Origin: Methylocella sp.
GTDB lineage: Bacteria; Pseudomonadota; Alphaproteobacteria; Rhizobiales; Beijerinckiaceae
Length of the DNA: 64,000 bases
Direction of reading: 5' to 3'
Assembly: GCF_041905455.1 (NCBI RefSeq)
Contig: NZ_JAYRLA010000001.1
Span: 297,737-361,736, forward strand
The stretch's first letter is position 1. The number at the start of each line of letters is the position of its first letter. A model generated the notes under the pieces. It was not told where the DNA came from. It worked only from the letters and a program-made list of their open reading frames with translations, and did not search any database. Below, piece after piece: positions 37,179 through 50,101 of the stretch. Position numbers and translations under genes: made by a program.

Positions 37179-38984
37179 ATGGCCGACAGGATCGAGCCCC
37201 TGCCACACCCGCAGCCGTCTTCGCCGGCGAGGCCGCAAGCGGCGTCGAAACCGCGCCGGCTGAAGGCGCTCGTCGCCGGGCTGTTCTCGACCAATCTCGC
37301 CAAGACGCCGACGCGCCTCAAGCTGGTCGGCTGCGCCTTCCTCGCGCTTTACGCGGTGATCGCCGGGCGGCTCGTCTATTTCGGCCTGCATCAGGAGCAG
37401 GCGAGCGTCGCGCGGCGCGGCGGCGACGTGGTCGCGGCGGCTCGCCCGGACATCCTCGACCGCAACGGCGACGTGCTGGCGACCGACATTCGCGTGATGA
37501 GCGTGTTCGCCGAGCCGCGCCGGATCATCGACAAGGACGAGGCGGTCGAGCTGCTGACCGCCGTGCTGCCCGACGTCGACGCCGCGGACCTGCGCCGGCG
37601 CCTCGGCTCGCGCAAGGGCTTCATCTGGGTCAAGCGCGCGGTGACGCCGAAGCAGCAGGAGGAGGTCTACCGGCTCGGTCTGCCGGGCGTCGGCTTCCTG
37701 CCCGAGAACAAGCGCGTCTATCCGAACGGGCCGCTCGCCGCGCATGTGCTGGGCTTCGCCAACCTCGACGGCGTCGGCGTCTCTGGGCTCGAGAAATACA
37801 TCGACGGGCAGGGTCTCTCGGAGCTGTCGGGCGCCGGCTTCCGCCTCACCCCGGACGCGCTGTCGCCGATCACCACCTCGCTCGACCGCAAGGCGAGCTA
37901 CGCCGCGCGCGACGAGCTGATGAAGGGCATCGCCAAGTTCAAGGCGAAGTCGGGCGCGGCGGTCATCCTCGACGTCAACACCGGCGAGGTGGTCGCGCTC
38001 GCCTCGCTGCCCGACTACGACCCCAACACCCCGGCCGACGCGCTCGACCCGAACCACATCAACCGCGTCTCGGTCGGCGTCTACGAGATGGGCTCGACCT
38101 TCAAGGCGATCTCCGTCGCCATGGCGCTCGACTCCGGCAAGGCGAACCTCAACTCGCGCGTCGACGCGCGCGACTCGCTGCGCTACGGGCGCTTCACCAT
38201 CCACGACTTCCACGCCCAGCACCGCATCCTCACGGTGCCGGAGGTGTTCACCTACTCCTCGAACATCGGCGCGGCGCGGCTCGCCCTGATGGTCGGCGTC
38301 GAGGGGCACAAGGCGTTCCTGCGCAAGCTTGGCCAGATGAGCAAGCTGAAGACCGAGCTGCCCGAGACCGCCGAGCCGCTGGTGCCGAAGAACTGGGGCG
38401 AGCTCAACACCATGACCATCGCCTTCGGGCAGGGCATGAACGTCTCGCCGCTGCAGGCGATGATGGCGGTCGGCGCCCTCGTCAACGGCGGTCTGCTGGT
38501 GACGCCGACCTTCCTCAAACGCGACGAGGCGGCGGCGCGCAAGATCGCGACCCGCGTCGTCAAGCCCGAGACCTCGGAGGAGCTGCGCTACGTCATGCGC
38601 CTCAACGCCGAGATCGGCTCGGCCAAGATCGCCAACGTCAACGGCTATTTCATCGGCGGCAAGACCGGCACCGCCGACAAGATCGTGCACGGCCGCTACG
38701 CGCAGGACAGGGTGTTCACCACCTTCATGGCGATCATGCCGGCCGACAAGCCGAAATATCTGGTGCTCACGCTGCTCGACGAGCCGCAGGCGCTGCCCGA
38801 GACGCACGGCTACCGCACGGCGGCGTGGAACGCCGGCGCGGTCGCCGGCAAGATCATCGAGCGCGTCGGCCCGCTGCTCGGCCTGCCGCCGCGCTTCGAG
38901 CTGCCGACGCAGCCCTTTCCGCTTCTCGCCAAACTGGGCTATGGGTTCGCCAATGTTCCGCAGAGCGGCGGAAGGGAGCATTGA
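37179..38984 (+). CDS. ftsI: Peptidoglycan D,D-transpeptidase FtsI (PBP3)
   Basis: 601 aa. STFK active site (MGSTFKAISVAMAL), SSN (YSSNIGAA), KTGT (GKTGTADK). Confidence 0.92.
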   Translation: MADRIEPLPHPQPSSPARPQAASKPRRLKALVAGLFSTNLAKTPTRLKLVGCAFLALYAVIAGRLVYFGLHQEQASVARRGGDVVAAARPDILDRNGDVLATDIRVMSVFAEPRRIIDKDEAVELLTAVLPDVDAADLRRRLGSRKGFIWVKRAVTPKQQEEVYRLGLPGVGFLPENKRVYPNGPLAAHVLGFANLDGVGVSGLEKYIDGQGLSELSGAGFRLTPDALSPITTSLDRKASYAARDELMKGIAKFKAKSGAAVILDVNTGEVVALASLPDYDPNTPADALDPNHINRVSVGVYEMGSTFKAISVAMALDSGKANLNSRVDARDSLRYGRFTIHDFHAQHRILTVPEVFTYSSNIGAARLALMVGVEGHKAFLRKLGQMSKLKTELPETAEPLVPKNWGELNTMTIAFGQGMNVSPLQAMMAVGALVNGGLLVTPTFLKRDEAAARKIATRVVKPETSEELRYVMRLNAEIGSAKIANVNGYFIGGKTGTADKIVHGRYAQDRVFTTFMAIMPADKPKYLVLTLLDEPQALPETHGYRTAAWNAGAVAGKIIERVGPLLGLPPRFELPTQPFPLLAKLGYGFANVPQSGGREH

Positions 38985-40438
38985 TGCGGCTCGCCGAGCT
39001 ACTTCCCGGCGCGGTTCTTCCGAAGTCTCTTGAAGCGGCCGAAGTCGCGGCGCCATGCTGCGACAGCCGCAAGGCGACGAAGGGCGCGCTGTTCTTCGCG
39101 GTCCCCGGCGTCAGGGCCGACGGCCTCGCCTACGCCCCCGAGGCGGCGCGGCGCGGCGCGGCGGCGATCGTCGCGGGAAAGGGCGCTCCCGAAAGCGTCG
39201 AGGGCGTTCCGGTCGTCCATGTCGAGGATGTGCGTGAGACGTTGGCGAGAGCCGCCGCGCGCGCCTTTGCGCGCCAGCCGGAGACGATCGTCGCGGTGAC
39301 CGGCACCAGCGGCAAGACCTCCGTCGCCGCCTTCGCGCGGCAGATCTTCGCCGCGCAGGGACTGAAAGCGGCCTCGCTCGGCACGCTCGGCGTCGTCGCG
39401 CCGTCGGGCGCCGTCTACGGCTCGCTGACGACGCCGGACCCGATCAGCCTGCACGAGACGCTCGACGCGCTGGCCGGGGAGGGCGTCACCCATCTCGCGT
39501 TGGAGGCCTCCTCGCACGGGCTGCGCCAACGCCGCCTCGACGGCGTGCGGCTCGCGGCCGGCGGCTTCACCAACCTGTCGCGCGACCATCTCGACTATCA
39601 CCCGACGATGGAGGACTATCTCGCCGCCAAGCTCGAATTGTTCGAGCGGCTGCTGGCGCCGGGCCAGCCCGCCGTCGTCGACGTCGATGCGGACGCCGGA
39701 CGGACGGTCGCGGCCGCCTGCGCCGCGCGGGGGCTGAAGCTCGTCACGGTCGGCGCGGCGGGCGAGGCGCTGCGCGTGCGCGCGGCCGGGCTTGAGCCGG
39801 CGGCGACGCTGCTCGATCTCGAAATTCTGGGAACGCGGCAAAAAATCAGGCTGCCGCTCGCCGGTGCCTTCCAGGCCTCGAACGCCCTCGTCGCCGCCGG
39901 CCTCGCGCTCGCCGTCGGCTCGCCGGCGAAGGCGGTGGCCGCGGCGCTCGAAAAGCTCGAGGGCGCGCCGGGCCGGCTCGAGAAGATCGGCGAACGGCGC
40001 GGCGGCGCGGTCTACGTCGATTATGCGCACAAGCCCGACGCGCTCGAAAAGGCGCTCGCCGCGCTGCGGCCCTACGCGAGCGGAAAGCTCGTCGTGGCGT
40101 TCGGCTGCGGCGGCGACCGCGACGCCGGCAAGCGCGCCATCATGGGCGAGGTCGCCGCGCGCCTCGCCGACCGGGTCGTCGTCACCGACGACAATCCGCG
40201 CAGCGAGGCGCCGGCGGCGATCCGCGCCGCCATCCTCGCGGGCGCCGCCGGCGCGCGGGACCTGCGCGAGATCGGCGACCGCGCGCAGGCCATCGGCGAG
40301 AGCGTCGCCGGGCTCGAGCGCGGCGATATCCTGCTCATCGCCGGAAAGGGCCATGAAACCGGCCAGATCGTGGGAGAGGTCGTGCTCCCGTTTTCCGACG
40401 CGGACTGCGCCAGGGAGGCCTTGAGGGAATTTGCCTGA
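38984..40438 (+). CDS. murE: UDP-N-acetylmuramoyl-L-alanyl-D-glutamate--2,6-diaminopimelate ligase
   Basis: ATG 38984 overlaps the ftsI stop. GTSGKTS P-loop and the DNPR motif (VVVTDDNPRSE). Confidence 0.92.
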   Translation: MRLAELLPGAVLPKSLEAAEVAAPCCDSRKATKGALFFAVPGVRADGLAYAPEAARRGAAAIVAGKGAPESVEGVPVVHVEDVRETLARAAARAFARQPETIVAVTGTSGKTSVAAFARQIFAAQGLKAASLGTLGVVAPSGAVYGSLTTPDPISLHETLDALAGEGVTHLALEASSHGLRQRRLDGVRLAAGGFTNLSRDHLDYHPTMEDYLAAKLELFERLLAPGQPAVVDVDADAGRTVAAACAARGLKLVTVGAAGEALRVRAAGLEPAATLLDLEILGTRQKIRLPLAGAFQASNALVAAGLALAVGSPAKAVAAALEKLEGAPGRLEKIGERRGGAVYVDYAHKPDALEKALAALRPYASGKLVVAFGCGGDRDAGKRAIMGEVAARLADRVVVTDDNPRSEAPAAIRAAILAGAAGARDLREIGDRAQAIGESVAGLERGDILLIAGKGHETGQIVGEVVLPFSDADCAREALREFA

Positions 40439-40439
40439 G

Positions 40440-41909
<1,470 letters not shown>

Positions 41910-41910
41910 G

Positions 41911-42993
41911 ATGCTGACCTTCCTCACCCTTCTCTCGGCTCATTTCCAGCCGCTGAACCTGTTCCGTTACATCACCTTCCGCACCGGCGGGGCGACGGCG
42001 ACGGCGCTGTTCTTCGTGTTCTTCTTCGGGCCGCGGATCATCGCCGCGCTGCGCCTCAAGCAGGGCAAGGGCCAGCCGATCCGCCTCGACGGGCCGCAGT
42101 CGCACCTCATCACCAAGAAGGGCACGCCGACGATGGGCGGGCTGATGATCCTCTCGGGGCTCGTCGTCTCGACCCTTTTGTGGGCCAATCTGCGCAACCA
42201 CTATGTCTGGGTCGTGCTGTTCGTGACCATCGGCTTCGGCGCGATCGGCTTCTACGACGACTATCTCAAGGTGACGAAGCAGACCGACAAGGGATTCTCG
42301 GGCCGGCTGCGCCTCGCGCTCGAAGTCGCCATCGCCGCCGCCGCCTGCGGCGTCATGATGGCGTTCGGCGGACCGCACACCACCTTCCTGTCGCTGCCGG
42401 CGATCAACGGCTTCGCCTTCGACCTCGGCCTGTTCTTCCTGGCGTTCGGGGCGTTCGTGATCGTCGCCGCCGGCAACGCCGTCAACCTCACCGACGGCCT
42501 CGACGGCCTCGCCATCGTGCCGGTGATGATCGCCGCCGGAACCTTCGGCGTCATCGCCTATCTCGCCGGCAACGCCATCTTCTCGAACTATCTCGGCATC
42601 AATTTCGTGCCCGGCGCGGGCGAGCTTTCGGTGGTCGCCGGCGCGGTGATCGGCGCGGGGCTCGGCTTTTTGTGGTTCAACGCGCCGCCGGCGCAGATCT
42701 TCATGGGCGACACCGGCTCGCTGGCGCTCGGCGGCCTCCTCGGGACGATCGCCGTCGCCGTCAAGCACGAGATCGTGCTCGCCATCGTCGGCGGCCTGTT
42801 CGTGCTCGAGACGCTTTCGGTCATCGTGCAGGTGATCTCGTTCAAGCTCACCGGCAAGCGCGTCTTCAGGATGGCCCCGATCCACCATCACTTCGAGCAG
42901 CTCGGCTGGGCCGAGCCGCAGGTGGTGGTGCGCTTCTGGATCATCGCCTTCGTGCTGGCCTTGATCGGCCTCTCCACCCTCAAGCTGAGATAG
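41911..42993 (+). CDS. mraY: Phospho-N-acetylmuramoyl-pentapeptide transferase
   Basis: ATG 41911. [41 protein letters not shown]. Confidence 0.95.
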   Translation: MLTFLTLLSAHFQPLNLFRYITFRTGGATATALFFVFFFGPRIIAALRLKQGKGQPIRLDGPQSHLITKKGTPTMGGLMILSGLVVSTLLWANLRNHYVWVVLFVTIGFGAIGFYDDYLKVTKQTDKGFSGRLRLALEVAIAAAACGVMMAFGGPHTTFLSLPAINGFAFDLGLFFLAFGAFVIVAAGNAVNLTDGLDGLAIVPVMIAAGTFGVIAYLAGNAIFSNYLGINFVPGAGELSVVAGAVIGAGLGFLWFNAPPAQIFMGDTGSLALGGLLGTIAVAVKHEIVLAIVGGLFVLETLSVIVQVISFKLTGKRVFRMAPIHHHFEQLGWAEPQVVVRFWIIAFVLALIGLSTLKLR

Positions 42994-42995
42994 GC

Positions 42996-44387
42996 ATGAT
43001 CCCCGTCTTCGCCTTCGCGGGAAAGCGCGTCGCGGTCTTCGGCCTCGGCGGCTCGGGCTTTTCCACCGCGCAGGCCCTCGTCGCCGGCGGCGCCGACGTG
43101 CGCGTCTGGGACGACAATGAGCACGCGCGCGAGAAGGCGCGGGCGGCGGGGCTGCGCATCGACAATTTCGCCGGCGCCGACTGGAGCTGGTTCGAAACCC
43201 TCGTCCTGTCGCCCGGCGTGCCGCTGACCCATCCGGCGCCGCACTGGAGCGTCGTCAAGGCGCGCGAAGCCGGCGTCGAAGTCGTCGGCGACATCGAGCT
43301 GTTCTGCCGCGAGCGCCGGCGCCTCGCCCCCGACGCGCCCTTCGTGGCCATCACCGGCACCAACGGCAAGTCGACGACGACGGCGCTGACCGCCCATCTC
43401 TTCCGCGAGCTCGGCTTCGACGTCGAGGTCGGCGGCAACATCGGCACGCCCATCCTCGCGCTCGCGCCGCCGGCGCCCGGGCGCGTCCATGTCGTCGAGT
43501 GCTCGTCGTACCAGATCGACCTCGCCCCGACGCTCGATCCGACGGTCGGCGTGCTGCTCAACGTGACGCCCGACCATCTCGACCGGCACGGGACGATGGA
43601 GAACTACGCCGCGATCAAGGAGCGCCTCGTCGCCGGGGCGGAGCACGCGGTGGTCGGCGTCGACGACGCTTTTTGCGCCGCCGTCGCGCGCAGGCTCGAG
43701 GAATCGGGGCGCGACGTCGTCGAGATCTCGGCCGCCGGCCGGCTCGAAGGGCGGGGCGTCTCCTATGAGGACGGCGCGCTCTACCGGCTCGACGAGCATG
43801 GGCGCGGCCTCATCGCCGACCTGTCCGGGATCGGCTCGCTGCGCGGCACCCATAACGGGCAGAACGCCGCCGCCGCCGTCGCGGCGCTGCGCGCGGTCGG
43901 GCTCGAAGGCGTCGGCGTCGCGCGGGCGCTCGCCTCGTTCGCCGGTCTTGCGCACCGCATGGAGGAGGTCGGGCGGGCCGGCAAGGCGCTGCTCGTCAAC
44001 GACTCCAAGGCGACCAACGCCGACGCCGCGGAGAAGGCGCTGCTCTCCTTCCGCGACATCTACTGGATCCTCGGCGGGCGGCCCAAGGCGGGCGGGATCG
44101 CCCCGCTGCGTCCGCTGTTCCCGCGCGTCGCGAAGGGCTATCTGATCGGCGAGGCGGCCGACGCCTTCGCGCAGGAGATCGGCGACGCTTTTCCGGTCGC
44201 CCGGTGCGAGACGCTCGAAAAGGCCGTCCCGGCCGCCGTCGCGGATGCGCAGAAAAGCGCGGCGTCCGAGCCGGTCGTGCTGCTGTCGCCGGCCTGCGCC
44301 TCCTTCGACCAGTTCCCCGACTTCGAGAAGCGCGGCGACCGCTTCCGCGAGATCGCCCTCTCGCTCATCGCCGGCTCGAAGCGCTAA
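42996..44387 (+). CDS. murD: UDP-N-acetylmuramoylalanine--D-glutamate ligase
   Basis: ATG 42996. GLGGSG Rossmann motif, GTNGKSTT P-loop, NDSKATN. Confidence 0.92.
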   Translation: MIPVFAFAGKRVAVFGLGGSGFSTAQALVAGGADVRVWDDNEHAREKARAAGLRIDNFAGADWSWFETLVLSPGVPLTHPAPHWSVVKAREAGVEVVGDIELFCRERRRLAPDAPFVAITGTNGKSTTTALTAHLFRELGFDVEVGGNIGTPILALAPPAPGRVHVVECSSYQIDLAPTLDPTVGVLLNVTPDHLDRHGTMENYAAIKERLVAGAEHAVVGVDDAFCAAVARRLEESGRDVVEISAAGRLEGRGVSYEDGALYRLDEHGRGLIADLSGIGSLRGTHNGQNAAAAVAALRAVGLEGVGVARALASFAGLAHRMEEVGRAGKALLVNDSKATNADAAEKALLSFRDIYWILGGRPKAGGIAPLRPLFPRVAKGYLIGEAADAFAQEIGDAFPVARCETLEKAVPAAVADAQKSAASEPVVLLSPACASFDQFPDFEKRGDRFREIALSLIAGSKR

Positions 44388-44456
44388 CCTACGAAACATT
44401 AACCAAAGGCTGCGAAAGTCCGAACGATTGAAGTTCCGGCTTTCGAGAGGTCAGGC

Positions 44457-45623
44457 ATGGCGGCGCGCACCGAACGATCGGCCCTGGCCAACTGGTGGTG
44501 GACGATCGACCGATGGCTGCTCGCCGCGATCGGCGCGCTGATCGTCGTCGGGCTGGTGCTGACCATGGCCGGCAGCCCGCCGGTCGCCGAGCGGCTCGGC
44601 CTGCCGACGTTCCATTTCGTGCACAGGCAGGCGCTGGCGCTGATTCCGACCGTCGTCGTGATGCTCGCCGCCTCCTTCCTGTCGCCGCGCCAGACGCGCC
44701 GCGCCGCCCTCGTCGTGTTCGCCGTCTCGATGGCGCTGATCATCGCCGCGCTGCTGTTCGGCGCCGAGGTCAAGGGCTCGCGGCGCTGGATCTTCGGCGT
44801 GCAGCCCTCGGAGTTTTTAAAGCCGGCCTTCGCCATCCTCGCCGCCTGGGCCTTCTCGGAAGGGGCGAAGCGGCGCGACACGCCCGGCAATCTGATCGCC
44901 CTCGCGCTGCTGCCGCTGACCATCGTCCCGCTCATCCTGCAGCCCGACTTCGGCCAGACGCTGCTCGTCTGCGTCGTCTGGGCGAGCCTGTTCTTCATGG
45001 CCGGGCTGCACTGGTTCTGGGTCGCCTTCATCGGCGGCGCGGGCTTCGGCGGCGCGTTTCTGGCCTATAAGTTCGTGCCGCACGTGCGCTCGCGCGTGAT
45101 CCGCTTCCTCGATCCGAGCGCGGGCGGGGGCATCGTCGACACCTTCCAGGTCGACACCGCGCTCGACGCCTTCTATTCCGGCGGCTGGTTCGGCAAGGGG
45201 CCGGGCGAGGGCACGGTCAAGCGCATCCTGCCCGACTCGCACACCGACTTCATCTTCGCGGTGACCGGCGAGGAGTTCGGCATCGCCGCCTGCCTGCTCG
45301 TCGCCTCGATCTTCGCCTTCATCGTGCTGCGCGGCCTCGTGCTCGCCTCGCGCGCGGAAGACCCTTTCCGCCGCTTCGCCGCCGCCGGCCTCTCCATCAT
45401 GTTCGGCGTCCAGAGCTCGATCAACATGGCGGTCAACCTGCACCTGATGCCGGCCAAGGGCATGACGCTGCCGTTCATCTCCTACGGCGGCTCCTCGCTC
45501 GTCTCGCTCGGCCTCAGCGTCGGCTTCCTCCTCGCCGTCACCCGCCGGCGGCCCGGCGAACGCCTCGTCGCCGAGGCCGCGCCGGCGCCGCCGCAGGCTC
45601 CGGTCAAGGACGCCTACGCGTGA
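44457..45623 (+). CDS. ftsW: Peptidoglycan glycosyltransferase FtsW (SEDS family)
   Basis: 388 aa, polytopic. QPSEFLKPA, PDSHTDFIFAV, LPFISYGGSS. Confidence 0.9.
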   Translation: MAARTERSALANWWWTIDRWLLAAIGALIVVGLVLTMAGSPPVAERLGLPTFHFVHRQALALIPTVVVMLAASFLSPRQTRRAALVVFAVSMALIIAALLFGAEVKGSRRWIFGVQPSEFLKPAFAILAAWAFSEGAKRRDTPGNLIALALLPLTIVPLILQPDFGQTLLVCVVWASLFFMAGLHWFWVAFIGGAGFGGAFLAYKFVPHVRSRVIRFLDPSAGGGIVDTFQVDTALDAFYSGGWFGKGPGEGTVKRILPDSHTDFIFAVTGEEFGIAACLLVASIFAFIVLRGLVLASRAEDPFRRFAAAGLSIMFGVQSSINMAVNLHLMPAKGMTLPFISYGGSSLVSLGLSVGFLLAVTRRRPGERLVAEAAPAPPQAPVKDAYA

Positions 45624-46744
45624 GCGCGCAGGCCGAGCGGCGTCTCGTCATGCTCGCCGCCGGCGGCACCGGCGGCCATCTGTTTCCGGCGCAGGCGCTG
45701 GCTCAGGCCCTCGCCCGGCGCGGCTGCGCCGTCGAGCTGTTCACCGACGAGCGCGCGCGCAAATACGGCGGCGCCTTCCCGGCGCGAAAGATCCATATCG
45801 TCGCCTCGGCCTCGCCGCGCGGCGCGGGCGTCATGGCCAAGGCGGTCGCGGCGCTGGCGCTCGCGCGCGGGACGCTGCAGGCGCGCGGGATCGTCGGCCG
45901 GGCGCGGCCGTTCGCCATGGTCGGCTTCGGCGGCTACCCGAGCGTGCCGCCCGTGCTCGCCGCGACGCAGCTTGGCGTCGCCGCCGTGATCCATGAGGGC
46001 AACGCCGTCATCGGCAAGGCCAATCTCTTCCTCAGCCCCCGCGTCGACGCGATCGCCAAGGGATTTGCGTCGCTCGGCGGGATCGGCGCCGCGGTCGCCG
46101 CGAAGACGCATCTGACCGGCGATCCGGTGCGCCCCATGGTGGTGGAGGCGGCGGCGATCCCCTATCCGGGCTTCTCCGACGGCAGGCTGCGGCTGCTCGT
46201 AACCGGCGGCTCGCAGGGCGCGCGGGTGATGTCGGACGTCGTGCCGGCGGCGGTCGAAGCGCTGCCGGAGGAAGAGCGCAAGGCGCTCGTCGTCGTCCAG
46301 CAGGCGCGCGGCGAGGACGAGGCGCGCGTGCGCGAGGCCTATGCGCGGCTCGGCGTCGAGGCTGAGGTCGAAAGCTTCTTTTCCGACCTGCCGGCGCGCA
46401 TCGCGGGCGCCCATCTCGTCATCGGGCGGGCCGGCGCCTCGACCGTCTCGGAGCTTTGCGTGATCGGGCGCCCGGCGATCCTCGTGCCGCTGCCGCATGC
46501 GCTCGACCAGGACCAGTCGGCCAACGCCCGGCAGTTCGAGGCCTGCGGCGCCGGCCTCGTCGTCGCCCAAAGCGCATTTTCGCCGCAATGGCTCGCCAAT
46601 GCCTTAAGCGAGGCGAAACGCGATCCTTCCGCGCTGGCGGCGCGCGCGCGGGCCGCGAAGGCCGCGGGCGTTCCGGACGCCGCCGACCGCCTCGCCGAGC
46701 TCGTCCTCGCCACGGCCGCGCAAAAGGAGACCTCGCCGCGATGA
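45620..46744 (+). CDS. murG: Undecaprenyldiphospho-muramoylpentapeptide beta-N-acetylglucosaminyltransferase
   Basis: GTG 45620 overlaps the ftsW stop (alternative ATG at 45650). [18 protein letters not shown]. Confidence 0.9.
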   Translation: MSAQAERRLVMLAAGGTGGHLFPAQALAQALARRGCAVELFTDERARKYGGAFPARKIHIVASASPRGAGVMAKAVAALALARGTLQARGIVGRARPFAMVGFGGYPSVPPVLAATQLGVAAVIHEGNAVIGKANLFLSPRVDAIAKGFASLGGIGAAVAAKTHLTGDPVRPMVVEAAAIPYPGFSDGRLRLLVTGGSQGARVMSDVVPAAVEALPEEERKALVVVQQARGEDEARVREAYARLGVEAEVESFFSDLPARIAGAHLVIGRAGASTVSELCVIGRPAILVPLPHALDQDQSANARQFEACGAGLVVAQSAFSPQWLANALSEAKRDPSALAARARAAKAAGVPDAADRLAELVLATAAQKETSPR

Positions 46745-48147
46745 AGCTTCCGCACGAACTGGGGCCGATCCATTTCATCGGCATCGGCGGCATCGGCATG
46801 TCGGGCATCGCCGAGGTGCTCCTCAACCTCGGCTACACGGTGCAGGGCTCGGACGCCGCCGAGAACGCCAATGTCCTGCGCCTGCGCCGCAAGGGCGCGC
46901 TCGTGCATGTCGGCCACAGCGCGAACAATCTTGGCGACGCCGAGGTGGTGGTCGTCTCGACCGCCATCAGACGCGACAATCCCGAGCTCGCCAAGGCGCG
47001 CGAGCTGCGCCTTCCCGTCGTGCGCCGCGCCGAGATGCTCGCCGAGCTGATGCGCCTCAAGCAATGCGTCGCCATCGCCGGCACGCACGGCAAGACCACG
47101 ACGACCTCGCTCGTCGCGACGCTGCTGGAAGCCGGCGGCTTCGACCCTACCGTCATCAACGGCGGCATCATCAACGCCTACGGCACCAATTCGCGCCTCG
47201 GCGCCGGCGACTGGATGGTCGTCGAGGCCGACGAGAGCGACGGCACCTTCCTGAAGCTGCCGGCCGACGTCGCGGTGGTCACCAACGTCGACCCCGAGCA
47301 TCTCGACCATTTCGGCTCCTTCGAGGAAGTGAAGAAGGCCTTCGCCGCCTTCGTCGAGAACATCCCCTTCTACGGCTTCGCCGTGATGTGCCTCGACCAT
47401 CCGACCGTGCAGGAGCTCGTCGGCGAGATCGTCGACCGGCGCGTCTACACCTATGGCGAGAATCCGCACGCCGACGTGCGCCTCGTCGACGTCGACCTCG
47501 ACGGCGGCATGTCGCGCTTCTCGCTCGTCATCCGCGACCGCAAGAGCGGCGAGGAGAGCGTGATCGACCGCGTGCTGATGCCGATGCCGGGCCACCACAA
47601 CGCGCTCAACGCGGCGGCGGCGGCGACCGTCGCGCATCAGCTCGGCATGAGCGCCGACCAGATCCGCGCCGCGCTCGCGGGCTTTGGCGGCGTCAAGCGC
47701 CGCTTCACCCGCACCGGCGAATGGAACGGGGCCATCGTCTTCGACGATTACGCGCATCATCCGGTCGAGATCGCCGCGGTGCTGAAGGCGGCGCGCGCCT
47801 CGACCCGGGGCAGGGTGATCGCCATCGCCCAGCCGCACCGCTACACGAGGCTGCATTCGCTGTTCAACGACTTCGCGAGCTGCTTCAACGACGCCGACGC
47901 GGTGATCGTCGCCGACGTCTATGCGGCCGGCGAGGCGCCGATCGAGGGCGCCGACCGCGACAGCCTCGTTTCGGCGATCAGGGCGCGCGGCCACCGGCAG
48001 GCGATCCCGCTCGCGCGCCCGGCCGACCTCGCGCGCCTCATCCGCGGCCTCGCGCGGCCGGGCGACTACATCGTCTTCCTCGGCGCCGGCAACATCACGC
48101 AATGGGCCTACGCCCTGCCGGGCGAGCTCGCCGAGAACGCCGCCTAG
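46741..48147 (+). CDS. murC: UDP-N-acetylmuramate--L-alanine ligase
   Basis: ATG 46741 overlaps the murG stop. [32 protein letters not shown]. Confidence 0.93.
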   Translation: MKLPHELGPIHFIGIGGIGMSGIAEVLLNLGYTVQGSDAAENANVLRLRRKGALVHVGHSANNLGDAEVVVVSTAIRRDNPELAKARELRLPVVRRAEMLAELMRLKQCVAIAGTHGKTTTTSLVATLLEAGGFDPTVINGGIINAYGTNSRLGAGDWMVVEADESDGTFLKLPADVAVVTNVDPEHLDHFGSFEEVKKAFAAFVENIPFYGFAVMCLDHPTVQELVGEIVDRRVYTYGENPHADVRLVDVDLDGGMSRFSLVIRDRKSGEESVIDRVLMPMPGHHNALNAAAAATVAHQLGMSADQIRAALAGFGGVKRRFTRTGEWNGAIVFDDYAHHPVEIAAVLKAARASTRGRVIAIAQPHRYTRLHSLFNDFASCFNDADAVIVADVYAAGEAPIEGADRDSLVSAIRARGHRQAIPLARPADLARLIRGLARPGDYIVFLGAGNITQWAYALPGELAENAA

Positions 48148-48148
48148 G

Positions 48149-49087
48149 ATGAGCGCCGCCGCGAGGGTCGGCCGCGCGCCCGAAAACGGGCTCGCCGCGC
48201 AGCTTTCCGCCCTGCATGGGCTGCGCGGAAAGCTCGTCGCCGACGCGCCGCTCGCGCCGCTGACCTTCTTCCGCGCCGGCGGCCCGGCCGCCGTCCTCTA
48301 CGAGCCGGCCGACGAGGCCGACCTCGCCTGTTTCCTGCGGGAGCTGCCGCCCGAAATTCCGGTCCTCGCGCTCGGCGCGGGCTCGAACCTCATCCTGCGC
48401 GACGGCGGCTTTGAAGGCGTCGTCGTGCGGCTCGGGCCGGCTTTCGAGGAGATCGCGGTCGAGGGAACGCGCGTCAGCGCCGGGGCGGGCGCGCGCGACA
48501 TGAAGCTCGCGCTGCGCGCCGGCAAGGCGGGCGTCTCCGGCTTCTCCTTCCTGCGCGGCGTGCCGGGCTCGGTCGGCGGCGCGCTGCGCATGAACGCCGG
48601 CGCCTACGGGGCGGAGGTCAAGGACCGGCTCGTCTCGTGCCGCGGCGTCGACCGCGCCGGCCGGATCGTCGAGTTCACGAACGCCGAGATGGGCTATGCC
48701 TACCGCCATTGCGGCCTCGACCCGTCGATCGTCTTCACCAGCGCCGTGTTCGAGGGAACCCCGGGCGACCCGGAGACGCTCGCCGCGCAGATGGCCGAGA
48801 TCAGCGCGCAGCGCGCGAAAACCCAGCCGGTCTCGAGCCGCACCGGCGGCTCGACCTTCAAGAATCCGCCCGGCCATAAAGCCTGGGAGCTGATCGACGC
48901 CGCCGGCTGCCGCGGCTTGCGCGTCGGCGACGCGCAGGTCAGCGAGCTTCACTGCAACTTCCTCGTCAACGTCGGGAACGCCAGCGCCGCCGACCTCGAG
49001 GCGCTCGGCGAGGAGGTGCGCGCCCGCGTCAGGAAGACGAGCGGCGTCGAGCTCGAATGGGAGATTCTGCGCCTCGGCGAGCGCTGA
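48149..49087 (+). CDS. murB: UDP-N-acetylenolpyruvoylglucosamine reductase
   Basis: ATG 48149. GAGSNL, VPGSVGGALRMNAGAYG, GSTFKNP. Confidence 0.9.
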   Translation: MSAAARVGRAPENGLAAQLSALHGLRGKLVADAPLAPLTFFRAGGPAAVLYEPADEADLACFLRELPPEIPVLALGAGSNLILRDGGFEGVVVRLGPAFEEIAVEGTRVSAGAGARDMKLALRAGKAGVSGFSFLRGVPGSVGGALRMNAGAYGAEVKDRLVSCRGVDRAGRIVEFTNAEMGYAYRHCGLDPSIVFTSAVFEGTPGDPETLAAQMAEISAQRAKTQPVSSRTGGSTFKNPPGHKAWELIDAAGCRGLRVGDAQVSELHCNFLVNVGNASAADLEALGEEVRARVRKTSGVELEWEILRLGER

Positions 49088-49177
49088 CGCCGCCGCGTCG
49101 CCGTCCGTTTCGCAACGGCCGCCTGCGAGGCGGCCGCGTCCGTTTCCGCTATCCAGAACACCGACGGATTTCCCAAA

Positions 49178-50101
49178 ATGACGCAACATGTCGCCGTGCT
49201 GATGGGCGGGCTCGCCGCCGAGCGCGAGGTTTCGCTGCGCTCGGGCGAGGCCTGCGCGAAGGCCCTCGAAGCGCAGGGTTTTCGCGTGAGCCGGCTCGAC
49301 GTCGGCCGCGACGTGGCGCAACGCCTCGCCGAGCTCAAGCCCGACGTCGCCTTCAACGCGTTGCACGGGCGCTACGGCGAGGACGGCGCGATCCAGGGCG
49401 TGCTCGAAATTCTACGCATTCCCTACACCCACTCGGGCGTGCTCGCCTCCGCGCTCGCCATGAAGAAGGACCGCGCCAAGGACGTCCTCGAGGCGGCCGG
49501 CGTCCCGGTCGCCGAGGGCGTCACGCTTCACCGCCTCGAGGCGGCGAAGGCCCATGCGATGGCGCCGCCCTATGTGGTGAAGCCGCTCGGCGAAGGCTCC
49601 TCGTTCGGCGTGATGATCGTTCGGGCGGACCAGGCGCATCCGCCGCAGGAGCTTTGCGCCGCCGACTGGGCCTATGGCGACCTCGTGCTGGTCGAGCGCT
49701 ACGCGCCCGGGCGCGAGCTCACCTGCGCGGTGATCGGCGACAAGGCCTATGGCGTGACCGAAATCCGCGCCGCCGGCGGCGGCTGGTACGACTACGACGC
49801 GAAATATGCGCCCGGCGGCTCCGTCCACATCCTTCCGGCCAATCTTAAAGAGTTTGTTTACCAAAATGTACAAAGGTTAGCTCTTGTGGCGCACAGGGCG
49901 CTCGGCTGTCGCGGGGTGAGCCGGACGGACTTTCGCTACGACGATGCGCCCTCGGCAGGGGACCGGCTCGTCGTGCTGGAGGTCAATACGCAGCCCGGGA
50001 TGACCGAGACCTCGCTCGCGCCGGAGATCGCGGCCCACGCCGGCCTGTCTTTTGGTGAGCTTGTTCGATGGATGGTCGAGGACGCTTCCTGCGATCGTTA
50101 G
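49178..50101 (+). CDS. ddl: D-alanine--D-alanine ligase
   Basis: 307 aa. HGRYGEDGAIQG, and ATP-grasp motifs including EVNTQPGMTETS. Confidence 0.93.
   Translation: MTQHVAVLMGGLAAEREVSLRSGEACAKALEAQGFRVSRLDVGRDVAQRLAELKPDVAFNALHGRYGEDGAIQGVLEILRIPYTHSGVLASALAMKKDRAKDVLEAAGVPVAEGVTLHRLEAAKAHAMAPPYVVKPLGEGSSFGVMIVRADQAHPPQELCAADWAYGDLVLVERYAPGRELTCAVIGDKAYGVTEIRAAGGGWYDYDAKYAPGGSVHILPANLKEFVYQNVQRLALVAHRALGCRGVSRTDFRYDDAPSAGDRLVVLEVNTQPGMTETSLAPEIAAHAGLSFGELVRWMVEDASCDR

Noticed and set aside
44384-44406. CTAACC...TTAACCAA upstream of ftsW, resembling the CtrA 8-mer TTAACCAT.
   Set aside because: This is a single imperfect half-site in a short intergenic gap, and I have no way to assess its significance without a genome-wide scan.
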